DNA of 64,000 bases from Dehalococcoidia bacterium (GCA_965204805.1 OZ242013.1:1103330-1167329), one strand, 5' to 3'; shown: positions 47,159 to 57,190, counted from the stretch's first letter. The notes: generated from the letters alone by a model not told the origin. Made by a program: numbers and translations.

Positions 47159-47309
47159 GGCAAAGCTAAAACCGGCCCTCCAAGCGTAGCCAAGCGTAGC
47201 CATAGGCGGACGGCTCCGCTGTACGCGGCCCGCCCGCCTGATAAACACCATCAACACCGTCTGGGAATCCCGTCACTGCGCGTGTGAAAACCAAGAAAAA
47301 CCGCCCCAA

Positions 47310-49055
47310 TCTTATTGCAACCTAAGCCCGAATCCACCGAAGGGGCAGGCGATGCGAAGGGTTTGAGAGAATAAGAAGGCGCTCCTTTGAATCTGGGATG
47401 ATGGTTTCGCTTCAAGAAACCGACCCAGAAAAAGGAGCATCTTTTGGATGCTACCACGCAAGCACCCCGACCGCATCCGGGTCGCCTTCGACGACCACCG
47501 CCTGGTGGCCAATGCCGGGCTGATGCTGCCCGCCTCCCCGGCCCTCCACCTGGGTTTGGGTGAACTGGTTGACCGGCACCTCCACTTGGGCGACACCTCT
47601 GGCCGGGCCAACACCGGCGACAAACTGATGACCCTGGTTGCCTCCGCTCTGGCTGGCGGCGACTGCATCGACGACGCCGACGCTTTGGGAGATGGCGGCA
47701 CGGCCCGGGGTTCTGGGCTGTGTGGTCAAGGCTCCATCCACCCCGAGCGCCTACCTGCGCAGCTTCCGCTGGGGCCACGTCCGTCAACTGGACCGGATCA
47801 GCCGGGAGTTGCTGGCCCGCGACTGGGACGCCGGGGCCGGACCGGATGAAGATCCCCGCTGACCACCGACCTGGACTCCACCATCTGCGAGACTTACGGC
47901 CTGGCCAAGGAGGGCACCCGCCGCCACGGCTACAGCGGCCAGCGGGGTTATCATCCGCTGGTGGCCGTGGCCGCCGGTACCGGCGAGTGCTGATGGCTCG
48001 CCTGCGGCAGGGCCGGGCCAACACCGTCCGGGGAGCGGCCCACTTCCTGCGTGAAACCATCAGCCGGGTTCGCTACGCCGGAGCCAAAGGCCAACTCACG
48101 GTACGGGCCGACAGCGGCCTCTACACCCACGGCATCGCCGCCGTCTGCCGCAAGATGAAGGTCCGCTTCTCCCTCACCGTCCGCCAGTACCAAAGCCTGC
48201 GTAACATCATCGAGGCCATACCCGAGGAAGACTGAACACCCATCCCCTACTGGATGGAGGGCGCCGCCGACGTGGCCGAGGCTGAATAACTCCCTTCGGG
48301 AGTGAGCCCGCCGCTGTACCGGTGCGGCTCATCGTCCGGAGGGTCAAGCCCACCCCCGGCTCCTAACTGGCGCTGTTTGCCGGTTACAGCTATCACGCTT
48401 TCATCACCGACCGGTACGGCGACACCCTCGATCTCGAGGCCGGTCATCGCCGCCACGCTGGGGTAGAGAATGCCATCCGCGACCTGAAGTACGGTTTTGG
48501 GCTCAACCATCTGCCATCGGGCCGCTTCCCCGCCAATGGGGCCTGGCTGGCGGTGCAGGTCATGGCCCACAATCTGGCCCGCTGGACCGCGCCCATCGGG
48601 CTGGCGAGCGGGTGATGATTACCACCAAGACACTCAGACAGCGCATCTTTTCCCTGGCCGGACGGCTCACCCGCAAAGCACGCCGCCTCATACTACATCC
48701 GCCCAGACGCTGTCCCTGGGAAATCCAGTTCCTCTCTGCCCTGGCACGATCGCGCGCCCTGCCACCCCCTTCCTGATGCCGCCCCCGGTGTTCGGCCTGT
48801 CCACCAAGACACTCAAGACCCGGCCCAGCCGCGCCAGGCTGGTCTCCTGACGGTTTCGCCTGCGGTCTGTGCTGAAAATCGCCCCCGGCGCCACTGCCAC
48901 AGGCGGTCAACATCTCCCCTGCGTGGCCGCCACATTCCGCTTCGTCCGTTTCAACGGCATCAGGTCCTCGCCAGGCCGCTCCCTGACCCCTCATCCCTTA
49001 TCTGACCGACACCGACATATCCCTTCGGTGGATTCCGGCTTGGTAATGACCTTGG
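47310..49055 (+). mobile_element. IS1380-family IS with a heavily frameshifted transposase (pseudogene)
   Basis: Inverted repeats AAGCCCGAATCCACCGAAGGG (47324->) and AAGCCGGAATCCACCGAAGGG (reverse complement of 49021-49041). Transposase pieces: 47448 MLPRKHPDRIRVAFDDHRLVANAGL.., ..GRANTVRGAAHFLRETISRVRYAGAKGQLTVRADSG.., ..AGVENAIRDLKYGFGLNHLPSGRFPANGAWL... Confidence 0.75.
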
Positions 49056-49567
49056 GAGTGTCATGGGTATTTCCCGAACGGTGACTCCAACCGCAGTGTC
49101 GGCTTCCGCCGCAAAGTGACGTGCAGGATGGATTCCTCCCACACTCATCTCCTATTTCCCATGGACAGGACACCCCAGCCTGGCTACTCGCTTGAGGGCA
49201 GTGCCCATTAATTTCATCACTGGCTATGTGGCAACGGCACCAAGCCTTATTTGATTTCATGGACGAAAGATGATTGCAGTAACGCAATCTTCGATTCTGC
49301 TGGCATGGCGAGGCAGTGGTGTGGGGCAATGAGAGGGCCTCTCAACGAATGGCTTTGCTCTGCCCGAATCCCCGGAACAGCGGCGCCCCGCGCCGCCCGC
49401 AAGCGACCGTGCGGCCATAACCCATAGGGAGGACGCCCATGAAACTGGCCCCAAGGGCCGGAACCGCGCCCAGAGATGGCGCAGCAGGAAATAGCCTCAG
49501 TCATCAGCGACAGTGGACCGCACCGCCGGGTGCGGCCCACTCATTTACAACAGGAGCAAGAGACAAA

Positions 49568-50341
49568 ATGGGAATCAAAATGAATCCGCCGGAATTCCCT
49601 GAAGACCGGCTCAATGACAAAAGGTTGCGCGGCGCGGAAGCCAGGGTCTTTAACGCCCTGCGCAACAGCAAGATGGACGGCCACGGCATTTACGAGTTCC
49701 GCTACCGCGAGGGAGGCAGGCAACTGGACAAGGCAGTGTGGGGAAACTACGTGGGCCGTTTCGCCATCCAGGTCAAAGGTGGAAAGTACGAGATGGACGC
49801 TGAGGGCCAATTGTCCCTGATCAGGCCTGATGGAACCCGCAAAGAGGTCCGGTGTCCTCTCCAGGCAACCGAGGACGGATGCATAGAGATGAAACACGCC
49901 ATCCTGGAAGCCACCGGCTACACCCATTTCGTGGTGGGTGTGATCATATTCCCGGACATGGAGCGCGACGCCCGAATGGAGGAGGTGGCCCTCAGGAAGA
50001 ATCACGTATACATCATCTGGGGGCTGGACCACCTGCAGGAGGACCTGGAGCGCATCGCCCGGAAGGCGGAGGTCAAGCACCCGCCAAAACCCAGCCACTC
50101 GGAAAACGAATGTCGCAAGGTGAACGAGTTCCAGTACCGTGGACCTGAGGTCTCGCAGGATGACGGCGAGGAAACTCCGGCAGCCGAAGCCGCCACACCT
50201 CCCCCGGCGCCGGGTTCGTTGGACCTGGGGCTCAAGCTGGGCTCGGTCACCATCAACATCCAGCACGTGGAGACCCTGGTCATCCAGTACGGCCCGCCGG
50301 AGCGGGACGTGGAGGGACAGACAGTGATGCGCGGCCTCTAG
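49568..50341 (+). CDS. NERD-like (PD-(D/E)xK) nuclease-domain protein
   Basis: ATG at 49568 is preceded by AGGAGCAAGAG. GAEARVFNAL..RQLDKAVW..FAIQVKGG gives E..D..QxK spacing as in NERD. The tail is acidic and Pro-rich. Confidence 0.55.
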   Translation: MGIKMNPPEFPEDRLNDKRLRGAEARVFNALRNSKMDGHGIYEFRYREGGRQLDKAVWGNYVGRFAIQVKGGKYEMDAEGQLSLIRPDGTRKEVRCPLQATEDGCIEMKHAILEATGYTHFVVGVIIFPDMERDARMEEVALRKNHVYIIWGLDHLQEDLERIARKAEVKHPPKPSHSENECRKVNEFQYRGPEVSQDDGEETPAAEAATPPPAPGSLDLGLKLGSVTINIQHVETLVIQYGPPERDVEGQTVMRGL

Positions 50342-50519
50342 CGGCATACCCTTCACCACGGGCGCCGGGTGGAAACCCGTCCGGCGCCCCGGAACCGGCA
50401 TGGCAAAACCGGCCGCCATGGCCGCCCAAAACCCGGCACAAAGAGCCGGGAGAATAAACAGGTATACCCGGGGCCGTTTTCAATGTCACCATCCCGAGTA
50501 CAACACACAGGGGACACCC

Positions 50520-52217
50520 ATGGACATGGACATCGCACCCGCCATTATGCGCCTTAACCCGCCGCCGGACGCCAGCCAGATGCAGGTCATCGGCCACGCG
50601 GAGGGTCCGATGCTGGTGATCGCCGGCCCCGGGTCGGGCAAGACCCACACTATGCAGCTCCGGGCCGTCAACCTCCTGCTCACAGGCCGGACCCTGCCCT
50701 GTGAGCTGGTCCTCTGCACCTTCGGCCGGGACGCGGCCTGGCAGCTGCAGCGGCGGTTCGAATCGTCGGCTTTGGCCTGCGGGTTAAAGGGCGATATCAA
50801 GAAAGTTCAGGTCGCCACCATCCACAGCCTGTGCCGCCGGCTGCTGGATTCCCGCGCCGCCATGGTCGGCCTGCGATGGGACTACCGGGTCCTGAACGAG
50901 GAGGAGCAGAGGGCGCTGTTGCGCCAGGAGTCCGACGCCGTCTTCGGCCCCGACAAGGACATACTCTCAAGACGCGGTTGGCGGGACGGGGTATACGCGG
51001 TGACCGAAGCGGCACGTTATTTCGACCGCATCTGCGACGAACTGATTGACGTCGACATTGTCGCCGGTTCCGGCAGGCCCTTCATTGCCGCCCTGGGCCG
51101 CAGCTGCCAGCGTTACCGCCAACTCCTGCTGCGCCACAACGCCGTGGACTTCGCCCACCTCCAGGTGTGGGCCCACCGGGTTTTGCAGGATGACGATGTT
51201 GCCGCCGTGGCGCGCGGAGCCATCAGGCACCTGATGGTGGACGAATTCCAGGATACCTCCCGGGTCCAGATGCGTATCCTGGAAAGGCTGGCGGGTATGA
51301 ACGGAAACATCGTTATAGTGGGCGACGACGACCAGGCCATCTACCGCTTCCGGGGCGCCAGCGTGGCCAACCTGTTGGAGTTTCCCAGCCGTTTCCCAGG
51401 GTGCCGCGTGGCGAAGCTGACCACCAACTACCGCAGCCACCGGGATATCGTTGCCGCCGTGGATCAATGGATGGACACCGCAGCCCCATGGAGCATCGGC
51501 GACCGCTCGTTCCGCTTCGCCAAGGACGCAGTGTCCAATGGACCCGGCGCCCACCACGATTATCCCGCGGTCATCTCGGTCCTGGGGCGGGACCCCGTGC
51601 ACGAGGCGAAGCAGTTGGCGGACCTGCTCCTGTTCCTGAAACAAAGCGGCGTAATCGGCAGGTACGGGCAGGCGGCTCTGCTCCTCCACAGCGTCAAGGA
51701 CGGGGTGAGCGGCCCGTACCTGGACGGTCTGGAACGCGCCGGAATTCCGGCCCGCTGCGAGCCCGCCGGCCACGTCCGCGCATATGGTGGCGACGAGGCG
51801 CTGGTGACCACCATTCACCAGGGCAAGGGCCGGGAGTGGGACGTTGTCGTGGTGGGGTCGCTTTCCGGGCCCGACTTGGACACTGACCGCATCGGCCGCA
51901 CCCTGGCGGAGCACGGCGTGTACTCCGGCGAGCCGGAGGCGTTCATCGCAGACTACGACCGCGCCCGCCAGCACTACACGGCCTTCACCCGGGCGCGCAA
52001 CCTGCTGGTGCTCACCGCCGCCGGCGAAGCCCACGCCCGGTTCGCCTCCATCTGGTCGGGAGCGGCCCGCTGGCCCGGCGTGGATCGGGACGCCCTCGCC
52101 CGCCAGCGGTTCGGCGAGTCCAGGGACGTTGCGAGCCAGAGCGTAATCGAAATCGCCCATCTTGAGCGTCTGGTGCTGCGGCTTGGCCTGGAAGTATGGA
52201 ATGGCCTGAACGGGTGA
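50520..52217 (+). CDS. UvrD/Rep-family SF1 helicase
   Basis: ATG at 50520. AGPGSGKTHT (Ia), HLMVDEFQDTS (II), IVIVGDDDQAIYRFRGA (III), TNYRS, TIHQGKGREWDVVVV, YTAFTRAR (VI). Confidence 0.85.
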   Translation: MDMDIAPAIMRLNPPPDASQMQVIGHAEGPMLVIAGPGSGKTHTMQLRAVNLLLTGRTLPCELVLCTFGRDAAWQLQRRFESSALACGLKGDIKKVQVATIHSLCRRLLDSRAAMVGLRWDYRVLNEEEQRALLRQESDAVFGPDKDILSRRGWRDGVYAVTEAARYFDRICDELIDVDIVAGSGRPFIAALGRSCQRYRQLLLRHNAVDFAHLQVWAHRVLQDDDVAAVARGAIRHLMVDEFQDTSRVQMRILERLAGMNGNIVIVGDDDQAIYRFRGASVANLLEFPSRFPGCRVAKLTTNYRSHRDIVAAVDQWMDTAAPWSIGDRSFRFAKDAVSNGPGAHHDYPAVISVLGRDPVHEAKQLADLLLFLKQSGVIGRYGQAALLLHSVKDGVSGPYLDGLERAGIPARCEPAGHVRAYGGDEALVTTIHQGKGREWDVVVVGSLSGPDLDTDRIGRTLAEHGVYSGEPEAFIADYDRARQHYTAFTRARNLLVLTAAGEAHARFASIWSGAARWPGVDRDALARQRFGESRDVASQSVIEIAHLERLVLRLGLEVWNGLNG

Positions 52218-52713
52218 TTTCTACGCAAGGTGTGCGTCTACGCCAGCGGCGTGTCCTCTGATCCGCAACTGGGGCATAGCCGAAACGCAGACTGTGCTGG
52301 TGCTCTGCGATTCGGTCGCCAGCCAACCCTTCGGCGACTGCGTTAACCCCATCGGGGATGTAATGATGAACCATCGGGAACAGGCCATGGCGAGGTTGAC
52401 CTGCGTAAAGCCTTCTGCACGTGCTGGAAGTGGTGCGCGGGAATCGCAGCAATATGGCTGGTGGCCCCCGCGTAGATTCCGGTGGCGTTCGGGTTCGGCT
52501 GGGACAACCCCGCTGGTTTCGCGCTGTTTTTGCCTTTCCCCGTGATCACCTCTGCGATTCCGTGTAGACGTGACGCCCGAGGGAGTCGCCAACATCCAAC
52601 CATCGCATGGCAAGGGATTGCCCCGGCCGGATCGTCGCCGGTGACTCCGTGGCAAGACTCCCGGACTCCCTGCATCGCCGGCCTGCGGGTACCCTGCTGG
52701 CACCCCATCGAAA

Positions 52714-53367
52714 ATGTCTGAAACTGTGCACAGGAGCAAACCTATGTCACCGCAAAATCTTCCCCAACTCTCCATAGGCGAAAAGAGCGGCGAGGACCGG
52801 GCCACCGCGGCCATTCTGGCCGCAGGAGGCGCCGACGGGGTTCCCGCCTTCTCTCTGCGCTACTGGCGCTCCGGTATTCCGGTAGGCGGCCCGGCGGCGC
52901 CGGTGTTCATAACGTGGCTGCCCGGCGCCGGCCGATTCTGCCTGATTGTGCAATATGGCCAGTACTTCCTGAAGGGGGAGGACTGGTACATCGACGCCAG
53001 GGCAGGCTTGCGGGGCACGCAGTCGCCGCTGGAGCAGGCCCAGCTTGAGGCTCTGAAGGTGAGCGAGGCCCTGCGGCGGCGGCTGGGCCGCAGTGTGCCG
53101 GTGGCCCCGGCACTGGTCTTCCCGGACATGGAGCGGGATCGGGGCATGGAGCGCCTCGCCGGCCGGAGCCGCATTCCCCTGCTCGGGGACCTGGAGGGCT
53201 ACACAGCCAGGCTGGCTGGGGCGGCAATCGACCCCCACTTTCGACAACCGTTGGAGCGGTTCCAGGCTCTGGTGGAGATATTCGCGCTGCTGGAGCGATC
53301 CGACCACGCCGGCGTGGGGGTATCCCGCGCCCGGTGGCAGAGGTCCCAATCCATATCGGGCCCCTGA
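52714..53367 (+). CDS. degenerate paralogue of the NERD-like protein
   Basis: Shares ..ALVFPDMERDRGME.. with IIFPDMERDARMEE of 49568-50341. The D and K positions of the nuclease motif appear replaced (VFITWLP.., IVQYGQ). Confidence 0.45.
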   Translation: MSETVHRSKPMSPQNLPQLSIGEKSGEDRATAAILAAGGADGVPAFSLRYWRSGIPVGGPAAPVFITWLPGAGRFCLIVQYGQYFLKGEDWYIDARAGLRGTQSPLEQAQLEALKVSEALRRRLGRSVPVAPALVFPDMERDRGMERLAGRSRIPLLGDLEGYTARLAGAAIDPHFRQPLERFQALVEIFALLERSDHAGVGVSRARWQRSQSISGP

Positions 53368-53369
53368 CC

Positions 53370-53441
53370 CGGTTCGGTCAACGCCGTCAGTTACTCGAAA
53401 TCGGCCATCTCCACCGCTTGGTTCTCCGGCTGGGCCAGGAG
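53370..53441 (+). pseudogene. last ~24 codons of a second UvrD-like gene (rest deleted)
   Basis: RFGQRRQLLEIGHLHRLVLRLGQE compared with RFGESRDVASQSVIEIAHLERLVLRLGLE at the C-terminus of 50520-52217. Confidence 0.5.
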
Positions 53442-53695
53442 CATTGCCTGGCCAGAACCATAGGATGTCCTCTCTTCCACAACCGGTACACGGCTACAAT
53501 GCTGAGAGGGGCGAACGTCATCCCGGCAGCGTAAGACGGTGCCGAAACAGCTCCGGGCTTCCTGGTGCCATACTTCTTTTCTGCCGCACCAAGCAACCAA
53601 AGTGAGACAGCGGACCCGCCTACAGGAACGACCGCAGCAGGTAGGGAGAATTTCACCCCCTCCCCTGACTACCACTTTGAGAAAGGCACACGAAC

Positions 53696-53980
53696 ATGAG
53701 ACAAAATATATACCGCTTGCTTTCCCCGCCAGAGCGCGGGACTCCGAGATGCCGGGTCATAACCACGGCCAAGGAAACCACCAACTGGCTGCTCGTGACC
53801 CTAGGTATCATACTCATCGCCAAAGCCTGCGGCGGCTTCAACCCGGACCCCGGGTCCGCGGGCCACTACTTGATACAGGCCCTCATATTGCTCTTTATCG
53901 CGCGATACGCCGTCGGACCTGTGGTATGGCTTCTGAAGAAGATCGTCGGAATCGGGAGAAAGGAAGGCCAGGACATCTAG
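53696..53980 (+). CDS. small two-TM membrane protein (94 aa)
   Basis: Two hydrophobic spans (WLLVTLGIILIAKA, LIQALILLFIARYAVGPVVWLL). No recognisable family. Confidence 0.35.
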   Translation: MRQNIYRLLSPPERGTPRCRVITTAKETTNWLLVTLGIILIAKACGGFNPDPGSAGHYLIQALILLFIARYAVGPVVWLLKKIVGIGRKEGQDI

Positions 53981-54409
53981 TTCCAACTGCCGACCGCTGT
54001 TGGGACGGCGCCACGGCCCATCAAGGACTGTGGCCGGGCCCGTTCCAGCAGGCCACAGCACCCGGCCATCACCGTGAACGGGGTCACCCAAAATACCAAC
54101 ACGCTTACCCCGCACGAATCCAGCAAGACAAGGTCACCTCACTGTTCTTTCTGACCCACACTGCATCAAAGAAAATACTGACAGACCGTCCTTTTTCGAC
54201 TCTTCTACCCAGCGATTCCGGCGGCGCCGGCAGCTGCATTCCCTTGGGAGGCCACACGGGCGGGAGGCCACATGAGCAACACATTTGAACGAAGGCGAGG
54301 AGGACAGGAATGAACGGTGACCGCGACGAGAGGCAACGCCAAGCGGAAACTCCAGCCAGGTGTTGCGGGCGGACGGCACGGGGCACCGAGCCCTGAATTA
54401 AAACAAATT

Positions 54410-54447
54410 CTGCACAACGAATCGGAATTAAAAAAGATTCGTTGTGC
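54410..54447. repeat. perfect 13-bp inverted repeat with a 12-nt A-rich loop
   Basis: TGCACAACGAATC-ggaattaaaaaa-GATTCGTTGTGCA, in an AT-rich patch of a gene-poor region. Confidence 0.8.
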
Positions 54448-54536
54448 AAAGCCGACTCAGGGAAAAGCTCAGGCAGGCGGGCCTGGACCCGGACGCATAG
54501 TCCCGAATACGCTCCGGCCAGCAACCAACCCAACAG

Positions 54537-54582
54537 GTCTCCCGCGGAGGCGTACCCTGAATCATCGCCCAGGGCCCGGCAG
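54537..54582 (+). repeat. 46-nt repeat, copy A (41/46 identical to 62787-62832)
   Basis: GTCTCCCGCGGAGGCGTACCCTGAATCATCGCCCAGGGCCCGGCAG. Weaker similarity extends ~50 nt upstream in both copies. Confidence 0.8.
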
Positions 54583-54790
54583 GGGACTGAGTCAGGAAGC
54601 ACGACAACCATAGGGACAAACTGGGCAGAAATCGAGATCCGGAGACTTCTCGCCCGATGCCGGCTCTGGGTCATACGCAGGTGCCGCACCGGGGACTCGG
54701 ATCCCGCTTGAGCGCTGGGCAGGACGCTGATACAATTATTGTAACGCGGTAGCCTTGACCTTCTCTGAAGGTAATCCATAGAGTGGACCG

Positions 54791-54869
54791 AGGGTGGACT
54801 ACAGGCCGCCCGATCACGAGTACCCCTACCCCCAGGGTGGACTCTAGGCCGCCCGGTAAGGGTACTCCC
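54791..54869 (+). repeat. two ~35-nt imperfect direct repeats (period 43) containing GTGGAC cores
   Basis: AGGGTGGACTACAGGCCGCCCGATCACGAGTACCC and AGGGTGGACTCTAGGCCGCCCGGTAAGGGTACTCCC. Extra GTGGAC cores are at 54783 and 54876. The palindrome TACAAT-T-ATTGTA is at 54731-54743. Confidence 0.7.
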
Positions 54870-55747
54870 AACCGCGTGGACGGAATTGCGGCGGACATGC
54901 TGCCATCGGGTCATCCTTAGCTATGTTTGCCGTTCCGGAGGCACTCGCGGCAAGCCCGAAAAGAGGGCAGAAGACTCGGCCATATAACTCCGAGCCAGTA
55001 GCCCCTAGACAAGGGGAATAACTACTGTAGAACCTGTTGCAACCAGCAGCAGGTAGATGCTCCCGATCGCGTAGGGTGCATCGGCTCGCCTGTTACCAGG
55101 GCGGGCTTTTTGTATTTTCGCCCCGCTGAATGCCCACCCTGGCAAAGGGCCCCTCCTGCCCACGAAAATCGCTGCCGGGACCACCTCCTGTGATAGAATC
55201 GGCATCGCGACAGTCATCACTATCCATCTCCTCTTTCTTGGGAAGGCGATTCAACACGATCAGATTTAGGTGGCACCATGTGCCTCCTTGCGGGTCGTGT
55301 TGGATTGGTGACTGTCGCGAGTGCCAAGCCTAACCGCAAGGAGGTTCCTCGCATGACGAGTGCCCCGGGCGTTAACTGCCGCAGCAACTCGGCCACCCAA
55401 CCGGCACCCCGAAAGCCAACATTCCCTAGCTCAATGAGTCGTTTCTATCATCAGCAGGAATCTGCGTAAGCATCGCGAAATGGGCGATTACCCTGGCCCT
55501 AGCCCTCGCGCCGATAACCGCCTTGGCCTGCGGCGGGGAAGCGAAGGCAACGGAACCAGCGAAGGCGAGATCCCGCGGGCGACCGAGGATATATCCACAA
55601 ACACGCCGATGGCAGAAAGAGGGACGCCAGCGCCCGGGTCCGTGGGGCAACCCGGGGCCAGGCTATCTCAGTACCCACTCAAAGGCCCCCGGCACAGGAC
55701 ACGGTCACTGGACCCGCCACAGGCAATACTGCATCGCCCTACAGATC

Positions 55748-55795
55748 ATGCTCGGAGAGAACCTGAATAACATCAAGACCCGGGAGCAAGGCTAG
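55748..55795 (+). CDS. conserved 15-codon uORF (MLGENLNNIKTREQG) upstream of lipoprotein gene 1
   Basis: It gives the same peptide as 57143-57190. The four nucleotide differences between the copies are all third-position and synonymous. No SD is seen. Confidence 0.3.
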   Translation: MLGENLNNIKTREQG

Positions 55796-55881
55796 GAGGA
55801 CAACCGCTCCCAAAGGACCAACGGCACCAAACAGCACAGAGCCACGGCCCTGAACGGGCCCACCACTCAAGAGAGAAGGAC

Positions 55882-56964
55882 ATGAACAAGCAGAAGCCTC
55901 TCGCTCTGCTGATGGCCACCATCGCCATCCTTATGCTCGCAATAGCATGCGGCAGCAGCGACAACACAACCACTACCCCAAATCAGGGGGTAACCAGCCA
56001 ACCCGTCACCGAAACAACGGCGCCGTCGGCGACCGAACTCCCCACCGGTACCGAAACCACACCCGCGTCCCCAACAACCCCACCGGAGACCGCTCCAACC
56101 GCCACGCCGGCAACCCCCGCGTCCACACCTTGGCCCACGCCCCTGCCCACCAGGACCATAGCACCGACTCCCAGAAACCCAGACCAGCAGACCGCAACCG
56201 CGGCCGCGCCACCGCCCACGGAAGCAGCCCAGGAAGACCCTACCCCAACCCCGCAAACGGCCGACACTCTTCCCGCCTACGACGGCTCATCCCCGTTGAT
56301 CCACGTCTACGTCGAGGAACCCTTCATCCTCTTCGAGGAAGAGGAAGGCGCCTCTATCAAGATCCCACTCAAGGGCCTCACCCAGGACGGACGACGCGTT
56401 TCCATCGAAAACCCCAGCCAATCCGGCATCACCTTCCCCACAACCGGACGCGACCACTACTCACTCGACAAAGACGGCCGTTACACGGTCCTCGAAACCG
56501 GATGGCGTTACGCTAGGATTTCCATCGAACTTCGAGACCAGATCACCTACGCCAACATCCTACACATACCCAAGGAAAACCTCGAGACTCCCCGACCACT
56601 CTCCAAAAGATCCGGAGCAAACAACCAGAACCTCTACTGTTGGATGGACTTTGGCTTCTCCCTAAAAATGGACACCCAATGGTTCATGATCAACCTCCCC
56701 ACCCAGGAGGACCAACCAAGGCTGGAACAAATAGCACTGGACTCCGGCCTAACACTCCACGGCGCCAGACACTACTACCAAGGCTGGGACAAGGGTTACT
56801 CCTCCAAAGGCAGGTCATACCTCCTAGTCCGATTCTCACCAGAAACCTGCCCCACGTTCCAAGAAACCCTCGAAGTCATCAAAAAACTCAACCAGACACC
56901 TGGCGTACCAGGAATCTTCCACCTCCACCCAGAAGCAAGATTTAACTGGAACCCCGGAGGCTAA
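55882..56964 (+). CDS. lipoprotein with a Pro/Thr-rich linker and an unknown C-terminal domain (paralogue 1)
   Basis: MNKQKPLALLMATIAILMLAIAC|GSS has a lipobox. A ~110-aa P/T/A-rich linker follows. The C-terminal ~60 aa resemble a subtilase-propeptide-like alpha/beta unit (weak, from memory). Confidence 0.7.
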   Translation: MNKQKPLALLMATIAILMLAIACGSSDNTTTTPNQGVTSQPVTETTAPSATELPTGTETTPASPTTPPETAPTATPATPASTPWPTPLPTRTIAPTPRNPDQQTATAAAPPPTEAAQEDPTPTPQTADTLPAYDGSSPLIHVYVEEPFILFEEEEGASIKIPLKGLTQDGRRVSIENPSQSGITFPTTGRDHYSLDKDGRYTVLETGWRYARISIELRDQITYANILHIPKENLETPRPLSKRSGANNQNLYCWMDFGFSLKMDTQWFMINLPTQEDQPRLEQIALDSGLTLHGARHYYQGWDKGYSSKGRSYLLVRFSPETCPTFQETLEVIKKLNQTPGVPGIFHLHPEARFNWNPGG

Positions 56965-57142
56965 CCGCCCGCCCGCCAAACCGCCAGTCACCAAACAAGA
57001 ACCGTCCCAGGGGCAAAATACCCCCTGGGACCACCCCAGTCACCACCGACCAGCCATCACCCCACAAAATAAAATAACCACCAACTCCCTTCCGCTCTGC
57101 TAACGCCCCCAAGCCACCGATAGCATCCCGAACCCACCACTC

Positions 57143-57190
57143 ATGCTCGGAGAGAACCTGAACAATATCAAGACCCGCGAGCAGGGCTAG
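57143..57190 (+). CDS. conserved 15-codon uORF upstream of lipoprotein gene 2
   Basis: See 55748-55795. An in-frame TAA lies 13 codons upstream, so this is not the tail of a long gene here. Confidence 0.3.
   Translation: MLGENLNNIKTREQG

Noticed and set aside
47096-47201. CRISPR array
   Set aside because: There are only three 20-bp repeats with 1-2-nt 'spacers' and no cas genes, which fits iterons. No other regularly spaced repeat array exists in the window.
47251-48060. 269-aa minus-strand ORF, plus the 49541-50419 minus-strand ORF
   Set aside because: These are the antisense of the IS1380 transposase remnants and of the NERD-like gene respectively. The translations are Arg/Pro/Gly-rich junk.
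54105-54914. 269-aa minus-strand ORF in the gene-poor region
   Set aside because: The translation is R/S/P/C-rich with no motif or hydrophobic core pattern. There is no RBS, and it spans the hairpin and repeat features. I treat the region as non-coding or decayed.
55430-55747. Third lipoprotein gene upstream of the tandem pair
   Set aside because: A signal/lipobox-like stretch (..AITLALALAPITALACGG) is readable, but it has no ATG/GTG/TTG start upstream of the lipobox and the frame degenerates after about 30 codons. I mention it only as possible decay debris.
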